Below are positions 1 to 13,879 of a stretch of DNA of 64,000 nucleotides, piece after piece; positions within the stretch are counted from its first letter, which is position 1, and every line of letters starts with the position of its first letter. The position numbers and the translations under genes are program-made. The notes beneath the pieces are model-generated. The model searched no databases and was not told the DNA's origin. It saw only the letters and a list, made by a program, of their open reading frames with translations. The stretch lies in NCBI GenBank assembly GCA_026770705.1, contig JANJGN010000021.1:80848001-80912000 (forward strand), read 5' to 3'. Source of the DNA: Isurus oxyrinchus. Taxonomy: Eukaryota.

Positions 1-2390
1 TATACCTACACATTCTACGATTATAGGGGACTGCTGCATGCAACACCCTCCACCCCAGGTCCCTGATGGAAAGCGGGAGGACACCTGCGGGGGGACATCT
101 GCTGCCGGACATGTCCGGGCGGCGGGGGAGGGCAAGGGAGTGAAGGGTGTGCAGCAGCAGTTCATACAGGAAACCCCTCCATGCCGGGCTAAAGGCCATG
201 GAGGGCATTTCCCCGAGGCGGCTTATACTGTGGGGCACCGGCTCTTGATGGAGTGTTCGGGGCTTGGGGCCAATCTGGAATTCCATCCGCAGAGGGGAAC
301 GTTCAGACGGAAGACCACCACGCACCTGGGCCACCTCGAGACCCAGTAAAACTTCGGGGCTGAGCACAACCGTCCTAACGTCTTGAATGGCATCGGCCGC
401 GATCTGGACACCCACGGATGCACGATGTTCCAACTCCTGTGGAAGCATCCAGCCAACTCCTCCGCCACCCAACATGTCCCTGATCCTGGTCACCCTGGAA
501 AAATCTCCGGACCCAAAACAGTGAAGCCCAGCGCTAAAGGTTGGAGGGAGCAGGAAGGCCTTCTTCGCCACCGCCTCCACCACCCAATGACCCAGTTGTT
601 GGGTTTAAAAATGGACTGCTAAAGTCTCCTGATGGGCCAGATGACATCTTGGGGGTATAAGGTGGGTCTGGGTGGGGCACATTCTCATGGGTGGTACCCT
701 CAGCGACTCCCGAGGGGCCCTGCTCAGGGGACTGCAGCAAGGTTATGGGGGGAATAGGGGTGATAGGGGCAAAGGGGGTTTGGGCTCCCCCAGAAGGCTG
801 AGCAAGGAATTGCAGGGTGGAGACACCAACACCTCTTCACCGGGGGAGGGGACACATCCAACCACTTCAGCCGGGAGGTCCCCCTCCTCCTCCACCGAGG
901 GGTGATGTCTCTTCTGCGGCAGGCTGGGGGCAGGGGAGACCTCCATTTACGAGGCCCCCTCCACCTCATCCAGCCCTTCTGGATGCTCTGCCTTCTGGGG
1001 TTTGAGCTGATCCACCCTTTTTAACAGCTGCACCAGTTCAGGGTTGCGAGTCTCACCCCTGCTGGCCCCGGGAACCCACACGGGGAGGACACCGGACCCA
1101 GCACGTGGCGCTGAGGTACACACGGGCCCGGGAGCTCGCGCAGAGATGACGCTGGGGCCGGATGTTGTTATTGTCCCCGAGCTGGTGGTCCTGGATAGAT
1201 TGGGGGGTCTGGGCAGTGGGGGGCTGCCCCTGGGCTGCGGGTCTTTGTCCGCACTTTCTTAAAGCGCGGGGCCTCTCCTGCCTCACCGGAGCCGATATAG
1301 CAGTGGCTGCCAGCAATGCCTCCCCTTGTGGGGAGGGAGATGGAGTGCTGGCGGGAGGGAGGAGCAGTGGTGCCAGCCACGGCCAACTGGACAGTATTGT
1401 GGCCTTGGAGGTGGGGGCAATTCTTCCGTACACGCCCCACCTCCTTACAGGTCTGGCACCGCACACCATCCACAGTCCAAAAGACCCGGTAGGCGGCCCC
1501 CTCGAAATCGGTTGAAAAGGCTGGGCGGTGAGGTCTTTTTGGGGGGCCCCGCTACCGGTGACAGTAAAGCAGCCACAGGGGCAGAGCTACACCCACCCCG
1601 AGAAAGATTGGTCTTAATATTAATATGTGAGATTTAATCTCCTCCCCGAGGGAGAAGGGGAGAAAGGTGGATTAATCTCCCCCTCTGAGATGATAATAGA
1701 GTTCAGGAGAGAATGGAGAGGGATAGAGAACAGGGAGACAGGAGGGAAAGGGGTAAGTGTGGGTGGGTGTCTTGATGGGAGATGGACGGTGGGTGAGGGC
1801 CTAGACGATCTTCCGGTAGGGGGAGGGCGATGTCTTCACCAGGCAGCCACACAGGAGTGAGGCCTGTTCCTCTTCACCAGGTAGCACCAGCTGTCTGGAC
1901 TTACAACTAGCGAGAATCACTGATGGAAAATGGGGGGAGTGGTGGTGGCAAGATTTTACACAGACATACACACACCCTTTTCTTTCCCTAAGTCTCTCGT
2001 AAAGGCTTCTGCCCTCCCCCTACAAAACACAGTTCTTGTTCAGCCCCCACCTGAACAAATACAAGTCCAGACACCCACCTAGGATGTTTCAAAACTCAGT
2101 CCTGGCCTCCTGACCTCCCTGTCTTGTAGCAGCAGCAACAACAGCAGCTCTTCCTCTCTTCCTCGCTCTCCTTCTCTCTACAGGCCTCACAGAAGGCCTT
2201 CCAGGCTCCAATTCCCCCAGCAATGGAGGATGATGAAGGGTGATGAAAAAAACAGAAGGCTTCTTGAGGCAGGCAGAAGAGTAGGAATAATCCAATAGCA
2301 GCAGCATCCAGCTCTCCTTCCTCTCAGGCTGCAACTATAGCAGCAACAAGCAGCTAACAAGCTACAGCTGAGAGCAATGGAGGAGAATAA
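1..2390 (-). mobile_element. Tx1-clade non-LTR retrotransposon, internally deleted and non-autonomous; runs off the window's left edge
   Basis: The minus strand reads FEGAAYRVFWTVDGVRCQTCKEVGRVRKNCP (ORF1 zinc knuckle, ~1510-1410). Near 330-20 it reads LQIGPKPRTL...RGFLYELLLHTLH...AGVLPLSIRDLGW/RVLHAAVP, resembling the Tx1 ORF2 C-terminal region. No endonuclease or RT lies between them. Confidence 0.65.
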
Positions 2391-2394
2391 ACTC

Positions 2395-2590
2395 TTTTAG
2401 AGTCAACAAATAAACTAAAATCAACAAAATGAAGGATAAAGTAGGTTAGCTGTAAAACCAAAGACAAAGTTTAAAGGAAACTTGAAAACATCAAACCAAA
2501 ATATGATTTAAGGGGGTCGATAAAGCGCCCCAGTCCCCGTGGTGCTCACCGGGCACGGAAGGCCTCGACGGTGCCGGCAGACACCACGTG
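2395..2590 (-). mobile_element. 3' end of a second Tx1-like copy (ORF2 C-terminus plus T-rich 3' UTR)
   Basis: The minus strand reads VEAFRAR*APRGLGRFIDPLNHILV* followed by a T-rich tail. It abuts the 5' end of the element at 1..2390. Confidence 0.5.
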
Positions 2591-3939
2591 AATGGAAGAA
2601 AATGAGTTTCACAGCCTGTGCATAGGTGTTAATCACTTGTACTTAATGTTGACCATTCTAAATACGCTTCCAAGAATGCCTCCTTGTCTATGGCTCCTTG
2701 TTACAATGAGCTGTGTTCATTGTGAATCAGATGTGAAACCTTTCTTCCCGCACAAATTGAAGGCTGTTATCACAGTCCAGGGCATCTCCCCTGTGCAGAG
2801 TGTAACCTTTTGAGCACAGCGATTGCCTGGCTTCAAAGTCACTCTCCAGACTAGTGATGTGTGCACCTCCATGTGGCTCGTGTTTGCTGCAAGAATCACG
2901 TATCTGAGTGTCACTGGGTCCCCTATGTTCTTTGTGTGCTCTCAGCATCTTTGAGGCAGGTCTGTCCCTCCATCTCGATGCCATTCCTGACAGGTGAAGG
3001 TGTGGTGCTGAAGAGAAGGTGATGAAGCCTGCTAAATGATCAAGTTTTCTTAAAGTCCATGTGGCCTCTGTTTCTCAGCAGCATCTCCATGATATGAGCC
3101 TCTTCACAGGGCATATGTGCACTGCCCTCAGCCAGAAAAGGTGTCAGATGTTCCTAGGTGCAAGTGAAGATCTCAGGACTGTCCTCACTGCATTGCCTCC
3201 TGGAATCTTGCGGCAAGGAGCGCCTCACGAGTACGGCTGCCTCGTCTGGCCAGTGCAGTAGCCTCATCACCTGCACCCTCGCCCTCCAGGGCCTCATCAC
3301 TCTCATCCCCTTCGACTTCCTCCTCATTGGAGACATGCATCTCTTGCATCTCCTCATCATCCAGGCCCTCCCCACTTTGCATCGCCAGGTTGTGTAATGT
3401 GCAGCAATCCACTATGATGCACGACATCCTCTGGCGAGTGTTCTGGAATGCTCTGTCAGATCTATCCAAGCACTGGAACCTCATTTTCAGGATGCCAATG
3501 CTGTGCTCCATCAAACCCTGGGTTGTGGCATGAGCCTCGTTGTACCGTCTCTCACAGGAGTCTGAGGCCGCCACACGGGTATCATCAGCCACATCTTTGT
3601 GGGTAGCCCTTGTCCCCAAGGAGCCAACTCTGTATCCTGACGGTCCCTGGAAGATGTCAAGGATCTGAGGCCTGTTGAGGATGTACAAGTCGTGGACGCT
3701 TTCGGGTATCTTATACACACCTGAATGATCAGTTTGTTATGGTTGCAGACCAGCTGAACATTGAGACAGTGGAAGCCTTTGTGGTTCACATACTAGATTC
3801 CTTGTTGCCAGGGAGATTTAAGAGCCATGTGAGTGCAGTCGATGGCACCCTGCACCTGTGTGAATCCAGAAATCTGAGCAAATCCCACTGCTCTTGTTCC
3901 CTGGCTTGCCTGATCCATGTCGAAATTGACGAAGGTGTG

Positions 3940-4236
3940 TACGGTAATTTGAGGTGCAGTTCACCTTTAAAAGATTGTCAGCAGATTGACCACATGATTG
4001 TATCAACTAATTGCTGTGTAGAGCGGGCTGCCATGGTAATCAGTAGTCTAGAGTTGGATATGGTCTGAGAAGTACACGTGTATTAGTGCTCCATTCTTTG
4101 TGTTATTAAACAGCATGTGCTTCATCTTACATCGGCTTATTCATCTACATTATCTCAAGTACCAACTCACTCATCAGCAGTAAGGTGTGCAGCCAGTGTT
4201 CTTAAAGTCAAGTGAACAGATAATAAGAACACAACA
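3940..4236 (+). repeat. 5' LTR of the Gypsy element
   Basis: Aligns by eye with 9257..9551 (GGTAAT.TGAGG ... GCAGATTGACCACATGATTGTAT ... GATAATAAGAA..CAACA). Confidence 0.9.
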
Positions 4237-6294
4237 ACTGACAGCAAGACAAAACACAACCAGTCAAAGACAACAAAGAAAAGCCACGGGAAATCAAACA
4301 GAAATAAATAAGCCGTACCTCGCAAGGTGATTGTAAGAACAGTTCTCATCGTAGTCATCAAAGCTATCTCCCTCAAATATGTTACAATTTGAATGTATTG
4401 AACCGTTTGACCCAGTCACTGATGGCTGGTCCCATTACATTGAACAACTTGCTTTCTTCTTTATGGCCAATGATATTTCGGGGGAGTGGAAGAGGCGAGC
4501 AAACCTCTTACCTATAAGTGGCAATAATACATTTGGCTAATCTGCAGTCTAATGGCACCCAATGCCCCAGATCCAAAGAGCTTTGATGAGTTGGTAAATC
4601 TTGTTGACAATGCAGTATTTTAGATTTAATTTGAGGAATCATGTCCCTGGAGACAGTCACTTGCTATGTAGCAGCTTTAAAACAACTGAAAGTATTGCGA
4701 GTTCAGGACTTCGATAAACTATATGTTAAGAAAGTATGTGGGATTAATGAAGATGCCATTCAAAAGATGTTGTAGTCAGAAATGAACTTTGACTTCAACA
4801 AGGTGCTGGAGTTAGCACTTGCTATGGAGAGCGCAGTCAGGGATTCAGAAACAATTAAAGGAGCACAAAATAGCAGGAAGCACTGGTTAAAAAGGGCACG
4901 AAAGTACAGGGCTCCGCAGAAAGGTGGGAAGCAGCCACCATTAACAGACCAGAAAAAAGCAATAGTTTAACAGAATAGTTTAATAGAAAACCTACAATAA
5001 TAATGACAGAAATGGAGCCTGCAAACGAACGACAATTTAAAAGAATTGAATGCTTCTTCTGCCACTGCAACAGGCACATTATGTGACGTTGTAAAGACAG
5101 ATTAAGACAAAACTTTAAGCAAAAAGGTAGAAATCATGAAATCTGCCTAGTGGAGGAAGAAAAAGAGTCAGATATTTACTCACTATACAACTTAAAAATG
5201 GGCAAAACAGAGTCAATCTATGTGACAGTGAACGTCAATGAGAAACCAATCCGAATGGAGGTGGATACAGGGGCATCCACAGCAGTTATTGGGGAACATA
5301 CATTCAAATATCTAAATGGAGGAGGTCACTCACCAAATCTGGAAAATTTAGACATTAAATTAAAGATGTATACTGGTGAAGAAATATGAGTAAAAGGAAT
5401 ATGCAAGGTTCCAGTACAGTACAATACAGAAATCAGTCTGCTAGTCTACCCTTTATAGTGGTAGCAGGGGAGGATCCAAGTCTACTTGGCCAAAACGGGC
5501 TTAAGGAAATAAAGTTGCAATGGACCGAGATTTTTCAACTCAGAATGAAAAGTCTGCAAGAACAATTATAGAAACATGCCTCCATTTTTAGGGATGAGCT
5601 TGGAAAGATTCAGGGGCTACAAGCCAAAATCCATGTAGATCCCGAGGCAAAACCCAGATTCATGAAGGCGAGACCAGTAACCTACACACTGCAAGAAAAA
5701 GTTGAGATCAAACTAGACAGACCGGCAAAGTTAGAAGTCATGCAACCTGTACAATTCTCAGAATGGGCAGCACCAATAGTTCCAGTACCAAAGCCTGACC
5801 AGAGTGTTTGAACATGTCGAGACTATAAATTGACCATTAAAAAGTGGACTAATTAGACAGGCATTCTATACCAAAAATCGATGATTTATACTCCAAGTTG
5901 GCAGGTGGAACTGCTTACATGAAGCTTGATATGAAACATGCTTACCAACAGTTAGAATTAGAAAAGGCCTCTTGGGATTTGGTGACAATCAACACACAGA
6001 GAGGGTTATACCAATATACCCAGTTACCCTTTAGAGTCTCATCGGCTCGTGCCATTTTCCAACAAACTATGGAAAATTTACTACAAGGACTGCCCCATAT
6101 GGTGGTTTATCCGGATGATGTCCTAGTTACAGGGCTGACTGAAGAAGAAACCTGGATAACAGCAGCACTTCTTGCAAGTCGGAGTGAGCCTAAAAAAAGA
6201 AAATTGTATCTTCCAAGCAAAAGAAGTGATTTACCTAGGTCATAGGGTCGACTCACAGGGCCTTCACTCAGTTGGAGACAAGGTGAGAGCTATT

Positions 6295-7210
6295 CAGATG
6301 ACACCAAAATAGGTGGGAAAGTAAGTTGCAATGAAGAAATAAGAAAATTACAAATGGATATGGGCAGGTTAGGTGAATGGGCCAAAATTTGGCAGATGGA
6401 GTTTAACGTGGATAAGTGTGAGGTTATCCATTTTGGTTGGAAGAATAAAAAGGTGACTTATTATTTAAATGGAGAGAAACTTCAGAATGCTTCACTGCAG
6501 AGGGATCTGGGTGTCCTCGTGCATGAATCGCTGAAAGCTAATATGCAGGTACAGCAGGTAATAACGAAGGCAAATGGAATTTTGGCATTTATTGCTAAAG
6601 GAACAGAGTATAAAAATAGGGAAGTGTTGTTGCAGCTGTATAAAGCATTGGTGAGACCGCACCTGGAGTACTGTGCACAGTTTTGGTCCCCTTACTTGAG
6701 GAAGGATGTAGTTGCATTGCAGGCGGTTCAGAGGAGGTTCACTAGATAGATTTCAGAGATGCAGGGCTTGTCTTATGAGGAGAGATTGAGCAGTTTAGGC
6801 CTACTCACTAGAGTTTAGAAGGATGAGAGGAGATCTAATTGAGGTATATAAGATGCTAAAGGGAATAGACAAAGTAGACATGGAGCAGATGTTTCCCTTT
6901 GTGGGGCATTCTAGAATGAGAGGCCATTGTTTTAGGCTAAGGGGTGGTAGATTTAAATCAGATGAGGAGGAATTACTTTTGTGCAATTCACTACCTCAGA
7001 GCACAGTGGATGCTGGGATGCTGAATAAATTTAAGGAGGAGATAGACAAATTTTTAATAAATAATGGGTTGAAAGGTTATGGGGAGAGGGCGGGAAATTG
7101 GAGTTGAGGCCGAAATGAGATCAGCCATGATCATATTGAATGGCGGGGCAGGCTCGAGGGGCTGAATTGCCTACTCCTGCTCCTAGTTCTTATGTTCTTA
7201 TGTTTATGTT
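6295..7210 (+). mobile_element. 5'-truncated CR1 LINE inserted in the Gypsy RT
   Basis: (A)DDTKIGG..WQMEFNVDKCEVIHFG..YKALVRPHLEYCAQFWSP..RGDLIEVYKML, then a CR1 3' UTR and (TTATGTTC)-type tail. The Gypsy RT resumes at ~7211. Confidence 0.92.
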
Positions 7211-9256
7211 CAAGAGGCACCAGCACAGAGCTAAATTTATTCTTGGGAATGATTAACTATTATGGCCGTTTTCTTCCAAACTTGTCAACAGTTCTGGCTC
7301 CATTTTACGGTTTACTCAAGAGAAACCACAGGTGGACTTGGCAAGCTCCACAGCAGGCTTTTACAATGATAAATCAGATGTTACGTTCATCAGCCCCCTG
7401 TTGGTACATTTTAATCAAAACAAAGAATTAATTTTGACCTGCATTGCATCCCCTTATGCAGTAGGGGCAATACTCTCCCACTGGATGGAGGATGGCTCGG
7501 AGTGGCCTATTGGTTACATCTCAAGAACACTCAGTGCTACAGAATGCAAGTGCTCACAAATAGAAAAAGAAGGTTTGTCCATTATATTTAGCATTAAGAA
7601 GTTCCACCCATACATCTATGGTTGCCATTTTACCATTGTATGGAACCACAAGCCTTTGCAAGATTGTTTAGTGAGGACAAGGCAATACCCCCAATTGCCT
7701 CTGCACAGATTCAAAGGTGGGCACTGATTCTAGCTGCTTACGAGTTTACCTTCATCCACAGGCCTGGAAGCCAAATTGCAAACACTGATGCACTTGGCCG
7801 ATTGCCTTTGAAAGACAACAACATGAACGGCCCAGTTCCTCAAGAACTGGTCTTGTTATTAAATTTCCTGGATTTGTCACCGGTAAATGCCAGACAAAAG
7901 AGAGTGTACAAACTGCAATCCAGTTTTGCCTCAAGTAAGAGAACAAGTCTTAAACGGTTGGTCTAATGAGCCACGGTCTGGTGAAATGAAGCCCTAGTTT
8001 CATAGGAAACATGAAATAGCCAGCCAGGATGGCATTTTACTGTGGGGAGCAAGAGTCATTGTGCCTCCAAGAGGGTAAAAACCACTATTGACTGAATTGC
8101 ATGTACTCAACCTGGCATTCCTAGGATGAAAATATTGGCGCACAGCTAATTATGGTGGCCAGGAATGAATACGGAAATCAAAAACTTAGTCAAAAGCTGC
8201 ATACAGTGTCAACATGTATAGAAGATGTCCCCTTCAGCAACATTGCACCACTGGGAATGGCCAAGAAGGCCATGGTTATACCTACATGTTGACTACATGG
8301 GGCCTTTTTTTAGGCACAATGTTCCTCTTGATCATAGACATTCATTTTAAATGGATGGATGTATACCAAGTAAAGTCACCCACATCTGCCATCACCATTG
8401 ACAGATTACATCAAAGTTTTGCGGTATACAGATTGCCAGAAGTAATAGTTTCAGATAATGGAATGGCATTCACCAGTGTGGAATTCCAAAGGTTTACAAG
8501 TTTCAAAGGGATAACACATGTAAAGACCTCACCATACCACCCTGCACCCAAAGGTTGTGGAGACTCTCTTGCAACTAGATTGTCACGTTTCCTATTCCAC
8601 TATAGGACTACACTGCACATGACCACCAGTAACGCCCCGACAGAGTTATTGATGAAAAGATGTCTCAGGACTCGTTTGAGTCTCATAAGGCCAAATTCAG
8701 GGGGGGAGGGTAGAGAGAAGTCAGGAAGCCCAGATAAACTAACACGATTGCCACAGTTGTGAAAGAAACTTCACTGTTGGAAACACAGTTTTTGCAAAAG
8801 ATTTTGGTGATGGGCCCAAGTGGCTATCAGGTGAAATTAATGCAGTGACAGGACCGCTTTCCTATCACATATCGGTCAAAGGTCGGATAATTAGAAGACA
8901 CGTAGATCACATCAGGTAGAGGGAAACAGATCTACAAGAGAGAATGCATCCAGTATCCCCATTTGAGTTTGCAGCACATTTGGAAAGAACTCCCCTTGGT
9001 TTGGAAGTACCTGTCGGGTCCATTAGGCCTGAGAGACTTGAAGAAACTAATTTACAGGTTCCTACTGGAGAGCCTGGTGGACAGCTGACTCCTGAGAGGA
9101 AGGCCTTGGATAAACTATCCAAAGTCGTAGAACTGAGATGTTCTACATGTTTGAAGAAGTCTCCGGAAAGACCGAATTTATAAATAGTTTATTCATGTAA
9201 ATAGTTTGGTATACTGTAAAGATTGTAAATTGTACTTTTGAGTAAAGGGGGAGGGA

Positions 9257-9551
9257 TGTGGTAATCTGAGGTCAATACACTAATACACTTTTAAGAGATT
9301 GTGAGCAGATTGACCACATGATTGTATTGCCCAGTTGCTGTGTACAACGTGCTGCATTGGTAATCAGCAGTCCAGAGTTGGGTTTGGTCTAAGAAGTACA
9401 CATGCGTTAGTGCTCCATTCTTTGTGTTAATAAACAGCATGTGCTTCATTTTACATCGGCTTCTTCGTCTACATTATCTTTAGTACCAACTCATTCATCA
9501 GTAGTAAGCCATGTTCTTCAAGTCAAGCAACCAGATAATAAGAATTCAACA
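9257..9551 (+). repeat. 3' LTR of the Gypsy element
   Basis: TGT...ACA ends, preceded by PPT AAAGGGGGAGGGA and followed by the TSD GTGTG. Confidence 0.9.
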
Positions 9552-11477
9552 GTGTGTGCCTTACCAAAAAAGATGTTCGTGACCTCCTGGATGCATTTGT
9601 GGGTAGAGGCTTGAGAGATCCCGCAAAGATCCCCAGTGGAGCCCTGGAAGGAGCCACTGCCATAGAAATTGAGCAAGGCCATAACTTCCACCACCACTGG
9701 CAGTGGATGCCCTTTGAATCCCCATGGTGCCCAATCTTGCAGGAGGTGGCATATGTAAGTTACCAGTTCCTTGACATGCACAGGCATCAACGATACTGGT
9801 TCTCATTCATCTGCAGTTAGCACATGCACTGTATGTATGCGTTGTATGTAGACACTGGGTCTAGCGATGCGCCTATGAATGAAGGCTCTGTGGGGTTCAC
9901 CCTCTGCGTGTGGAGGAGAATGTGCTGCCCCTCAGTCCTCAGGGTTCTTCTCCTCCCTTTGGTGAGCCAGGCGCCTCAATCACATTCTTCTCCTTCTTTC
10001 CTGCCCATAGCAATCAGGCAGAGAGCGAGATCACCAGACTCATTCTTCCTGGTGATCTCTTCACTGCAGTATCAAAGAAAAAGAGGTAAGCGTCAGCAAT
10101 TGTCTCCCACGGCCCATCTTGGTCAAGTCACCATTTGTGGCTATCGCTCAAGGCCCTTAATGCATGCTGAAGAGTCCAGATCACCACATGGATGCCCTGA
10201 TGTTAGTGCACATGATGGGTTCACCATATCCACACCACATGACTGAATGGCGGCAGCTTTGGCCACTCATCTGAATCCTGACCTCTTATCTCAGGCGCAG
10301 ACATTTTCCTAATCTGGACTCCAAGGCTTTGTGGTTTGCTTGTACCATGAGGGTGAATTTTCAATGTCAACTGAAACATAATACAAGGAACTAGGAGCGC
10401 ACCCCTCCATCAGTGTTTGATCGCCACCTTTCCCAACATGATCCACAGGCTTACCCAGTTGTTCTGCAGCACCGTAGCACATTTAAGATTGAAGTGTGCA
10501 CGTGAGGGGTTAACAGTATAAGAGCAATCATTGGCCCTGTGTTGAATAAGTGCTGCTTGAGTGGGCACACTTGTTTGACTCCAAGCAAGTGAACTGAGCT
10601 CAAGTTAAACGTTCTCAGCTGCAATGGAGTGCTCATGTTCGACATGTTTTGCCATTAACCCAGCCATTTTCTTCCCCACCTGCACCACATGTGTTTGTGC
10701 TTAAAGTTCAGTCAGTGCTGCCATGACCCCCTGGCACTGTCGCCCTTGCCCCAAGGTTGTCTTCTCCTCCTTTGTACTGTCGTCCTTGCCCTGGCACCAC
10801 ATGCCAGCCACAAAGAAGCCACTGCAGACACTTGCCTGTGCCCTCCCTGAATACGCAGAGCTGCTGGGATCATTGCAAGCCCTGCGCAAAGCTGCGTGTA
10901 CTTACCCCTGAGTTTGCCTCAAAGTTGATGTTGCCAGGTGTGCGCCTTTTAAAGGCAGTAGTCACGCCATTATGAAGTCACACCAACGTGGGATTTCAAT
11001 TCGACGTGGGGGGTGGATGATTGCGGCATGCAGGCACAATAATTAAATGCAAATGTATTAAAATTAAGTTCCCAACATTAGAAAGCAGGAAACGCGGCCT
11101 GCCATTGACAGGGGGAGGAGGCAATTGCATCCTGGATTTACATCGTTGGGAAACACGACTAAGGTCTTCTCGTGAGATTCTCCAATCACGCCCGCCGCCA
11201 CCGGGGGCAGAAAATCCCAGCTTCTACCATATACAGGGTGTTTTATGCTGGCTCACTTTGTTATTGGAGTTTTATTGTGACTAGCAGTTGGAAGGGTGAG
11301 GTGGCTGTATGTATAAACAGTGGCCAGTCGCTGTCTCTTTCAGACAGGTGCTGCAAATACATCATTTGGAAAAAAATTAAAGCCATTACACTATTAACAC
11401 TGTTAAATCGGAGCAGAACAGGAACATTTAGTTCACGTTTTGAAGGTAGTAGTGCTGTTTGAGAAGCACATTGTTTT

Positions 11478-11772
11478 TTTATTTATTTACAGGATGTGGG
11501 CTTCCCTGGTTAGTCTAACATTTATTGCCCAACTCTGAGAAGGTGGCGGTGAGCTGTCTTCTTGAACCGCTGCAGTCCATGTGGTGTAGGTACACCCACA
11601 GTGCTGTCAGGGAGGGAGTTCCAGGATTTTGACCCAGTGTCAATGAAGGAACAGTGAGATATTTCCAGTCAGGATGGTGAGTGACTTGGAGGTGAACCCC
11701 CAGCTGGTGGTGTTCCCATCTATCTGCTGCTCTTGTCCTTCCAGATGGTAGTGAATTGTGATTGTTGCAAAT
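11478..11772 (-). mobile_element. 3' end fragment of a second CR1-group LINE family ('family B')
   Basis: Reverse complement of the 3' end seen at 13380-13668. The same fragment type occurs at 14928, 24695 and 42052. Confidence 0.75.
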
Positions 11773-12204
11773 ATGATGGAAAGAACTACAGATTGAGAAA
11801 GGCACCTTGATCCCTTGATGGGAGATAGATGGACAGAACATGGAGTTGTTCTATGACCTACCCTTTTCAACAAATCATCAACATAGCTAGAAAAGTCAGG
11901 GAAGAATGTGGACATCCTTATGCACACATTAGGCTGACTTTTACAACTACAGATCAGTTGACATAGTTGCCAGGACATCATGAAGCCAGTTCATGATAAT
12001 ATCGTTCATGATAATAGTGATCAGGACAGAAAATTGACACCTATTCACCATCTCTTTAAATCCAATTAAAGCAAATCAGGCAAACTATAGTAGAAATTCA
12101 CTGAGATTTTACATCATCCTTACCATTTCACACCACTCACACAGGCTCGGCAGGAGGTTATGATCCCAGCAGCATATTGTCACTATATAAGAGAGGATAA
12201 GCAA

Positions 12205-13668
12205 CACCCCAAGCCAAGCTGTTCCAGTACAGCTACAACACTGGTATCTACCCGGCAATATGGAAAATTGCCCAGGTTTGTCCTGTACACAAAAAGCAGG
12301 ACAAATCCGACCTAGCCAATTACCGCCCCATCAGTCTACTCTCGATCATCAGTAAAGTGATGGATGGAGTCATCAGTAGTGCTCTCAAGAGGCACTTGCT
12401 TAGTTGACTTAAACTGGCAGTCAGTTTAGGTTCTGCCAGTGTCACTCAGCTTCTGACCTCATTATGGCCTTCGTACAAACATGGACAAAGAGCTGAAATC
12501 CAAAGCTGAGGTGACAGTGACTTCCCTTGACATCAAGGCCCCATTTGACCGAGTTTGACATCAAAGATCCTGAGCAAAACTGGAGTCAATGGGAATCAGG
12601 GGAGAAACTCTGCACTGGGTGTGTCATACCTAGCACGAAGGAAAATGGTTGTGGTTGTTGGATATTAATCATTTCAGCTCCAGGCCATCACTGTAGGAGT
12701 TTCTCAGGGTAGCGTCCTAGGCCCAACCACCATCAGCTGCTTCATCAATGACCTTCCTTCTATCATAATATCAGAAGTGGGGATGTTTGCTGATGATTGC
12801 ACAAAGTTCAGCACCATTCACGACTTCTTAGATACTGAAGCAGTCCATGTCCAAATGCAGCAAGACCTGGACAATATCCAGGCTTGGACTGATAAGTGGC
12901 AAGTAACATTCGCACCACACAGTGCCAGGCAATGACCATCTCCAGTAAGAGAGAATCCAACCATCACCCCTTGATGTTCAAAGACATTAACATCGTTGAA
13001 TCTCCTAGAACCAACAGCTTGTGGGTTACAATTTCCCAGAAACAGAACTGGACTATATAAATATTGTGGCTACAAGAGCAGGTCAGAGGCTAGGTCAGAG
13101 TTGCGGAAAGCAACTCATCTCCTGACTCCCCAAAGCCTGTCCACCATTTACTAGACACAAGTCATGAGTGTGATGGAATACTCTCCACTTGCCTGGATGA
13201 GTGCAGCTCCAACAACACTCAAGAAGCTTGACACCATCCAGGACAAATCACCCCACCCACAAACATTCAATCCCTCCGCCACTGACGCACAGTAGCAGCA
13301 GTGTGTACCATCAACAAGATGCACTGCAGGAACTCACCAACGCTCCTTATACAGTACCTTCCAACCCACGACCACGACCATCTAGAAAGAAAAGGGCAGC
13401 AGATAGATGGGAACATCACCACTGGGAGTTCCCCTCCAAGTCACTCACCATACTGACTTGGAAATATGTCACCATTCCTTCAGTGTCGCTGGGTCAAAAT
13501 CCTGGAACTCCCTCCTTAACAGCACTGTGAGTGTACCTACACCACAGCGACTGTAGCAGCTCAAACAGACAGCTCACCACCACCTTCACAAGGGCAATTA
13601 GGGAAGGGATGGGCAATAAATGCTGGCCTAGCCAATGACGCCCATCTCCTGTGAATGAATTTTAAAAA
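12205..13668 (+). mobile_element. Family B LINE, 5'-truncated and decayed RT
   Basis: NYRPISLLSIISKVM, LDIKAPFDRV, GVSQGSVLGP, FINDLP, FADD, WQVTFAPH; 3' end GGCAATAAATGCTGGCC...GAATGAATTTTAAAAA. Confidence 0.85.
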
Positions 13669-13879
13669 GCAGTGAGTGCAAAGAGGTGCAAGAAGCAGAT
13701 GGTCTTGTCGAGAAAAGATGAGGGGCTTTTTGCTTGGTGAGCTTGGGCCTTCTGTTGAAGGGAATTCATGGAAGCAGCACCTTTGAAGGGATTCAGGGTT
13801 AAGGGGGCCTACAGCAATGGGGGGATCTTTAACATGGACAGGTCAGACTGAGGAGTGATTGGACCCTGGGGCCATGGTC

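Larger units (their letters stand above)
3940..9551 (+). mobile_element. Ty3/Gypsy LTR retrotransposon, full length but decayed (gag-PR-RT-RH-IN)
   Basis: Two ~296-bp LTRs, a 5-bp TSD GTGTG (3935-3939 and 9552-9556) and a polypurine tract at 9244-9256. Motifs: gag knuckle CFFCHCNRH, protease MEVDTGAS, RT YPDDVLVTG, RNase H CIASPYAVGAILSH..SQIEKEGL, integrase IVSDNG..SPYHP. Many stops and frameshifts. Confidence 0.93.
2590..11225 (-). mobile_element. PIF/Harbinger DNA transposon with a decayed HARBI1-like DDE transposase, split by a Gypsy LTR element
   Basis: Transposase pieces: 9790-9557 (GHPLPVVVEVMALLNFYGSGSFQGSTGDLCGISQASTHKCIQEVT), continuing at 3939-3185 (GFTQVQGAIDCTH, NHKGFHCLNVQLVC, HD.YIL, RYNEAHATT..LMEHSIGILKMRFQCLD, CCTLHN). 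Frameshifts and stops are present. Element ends are approximate. Confidence 0.85.

Noticed and set aside
3185-3939. Domesticated HARBI1 host gene
   Set aside because: It has frameshifts and stops, is interrupted by a Gypsy element, and a second decayed copy lies nearby.
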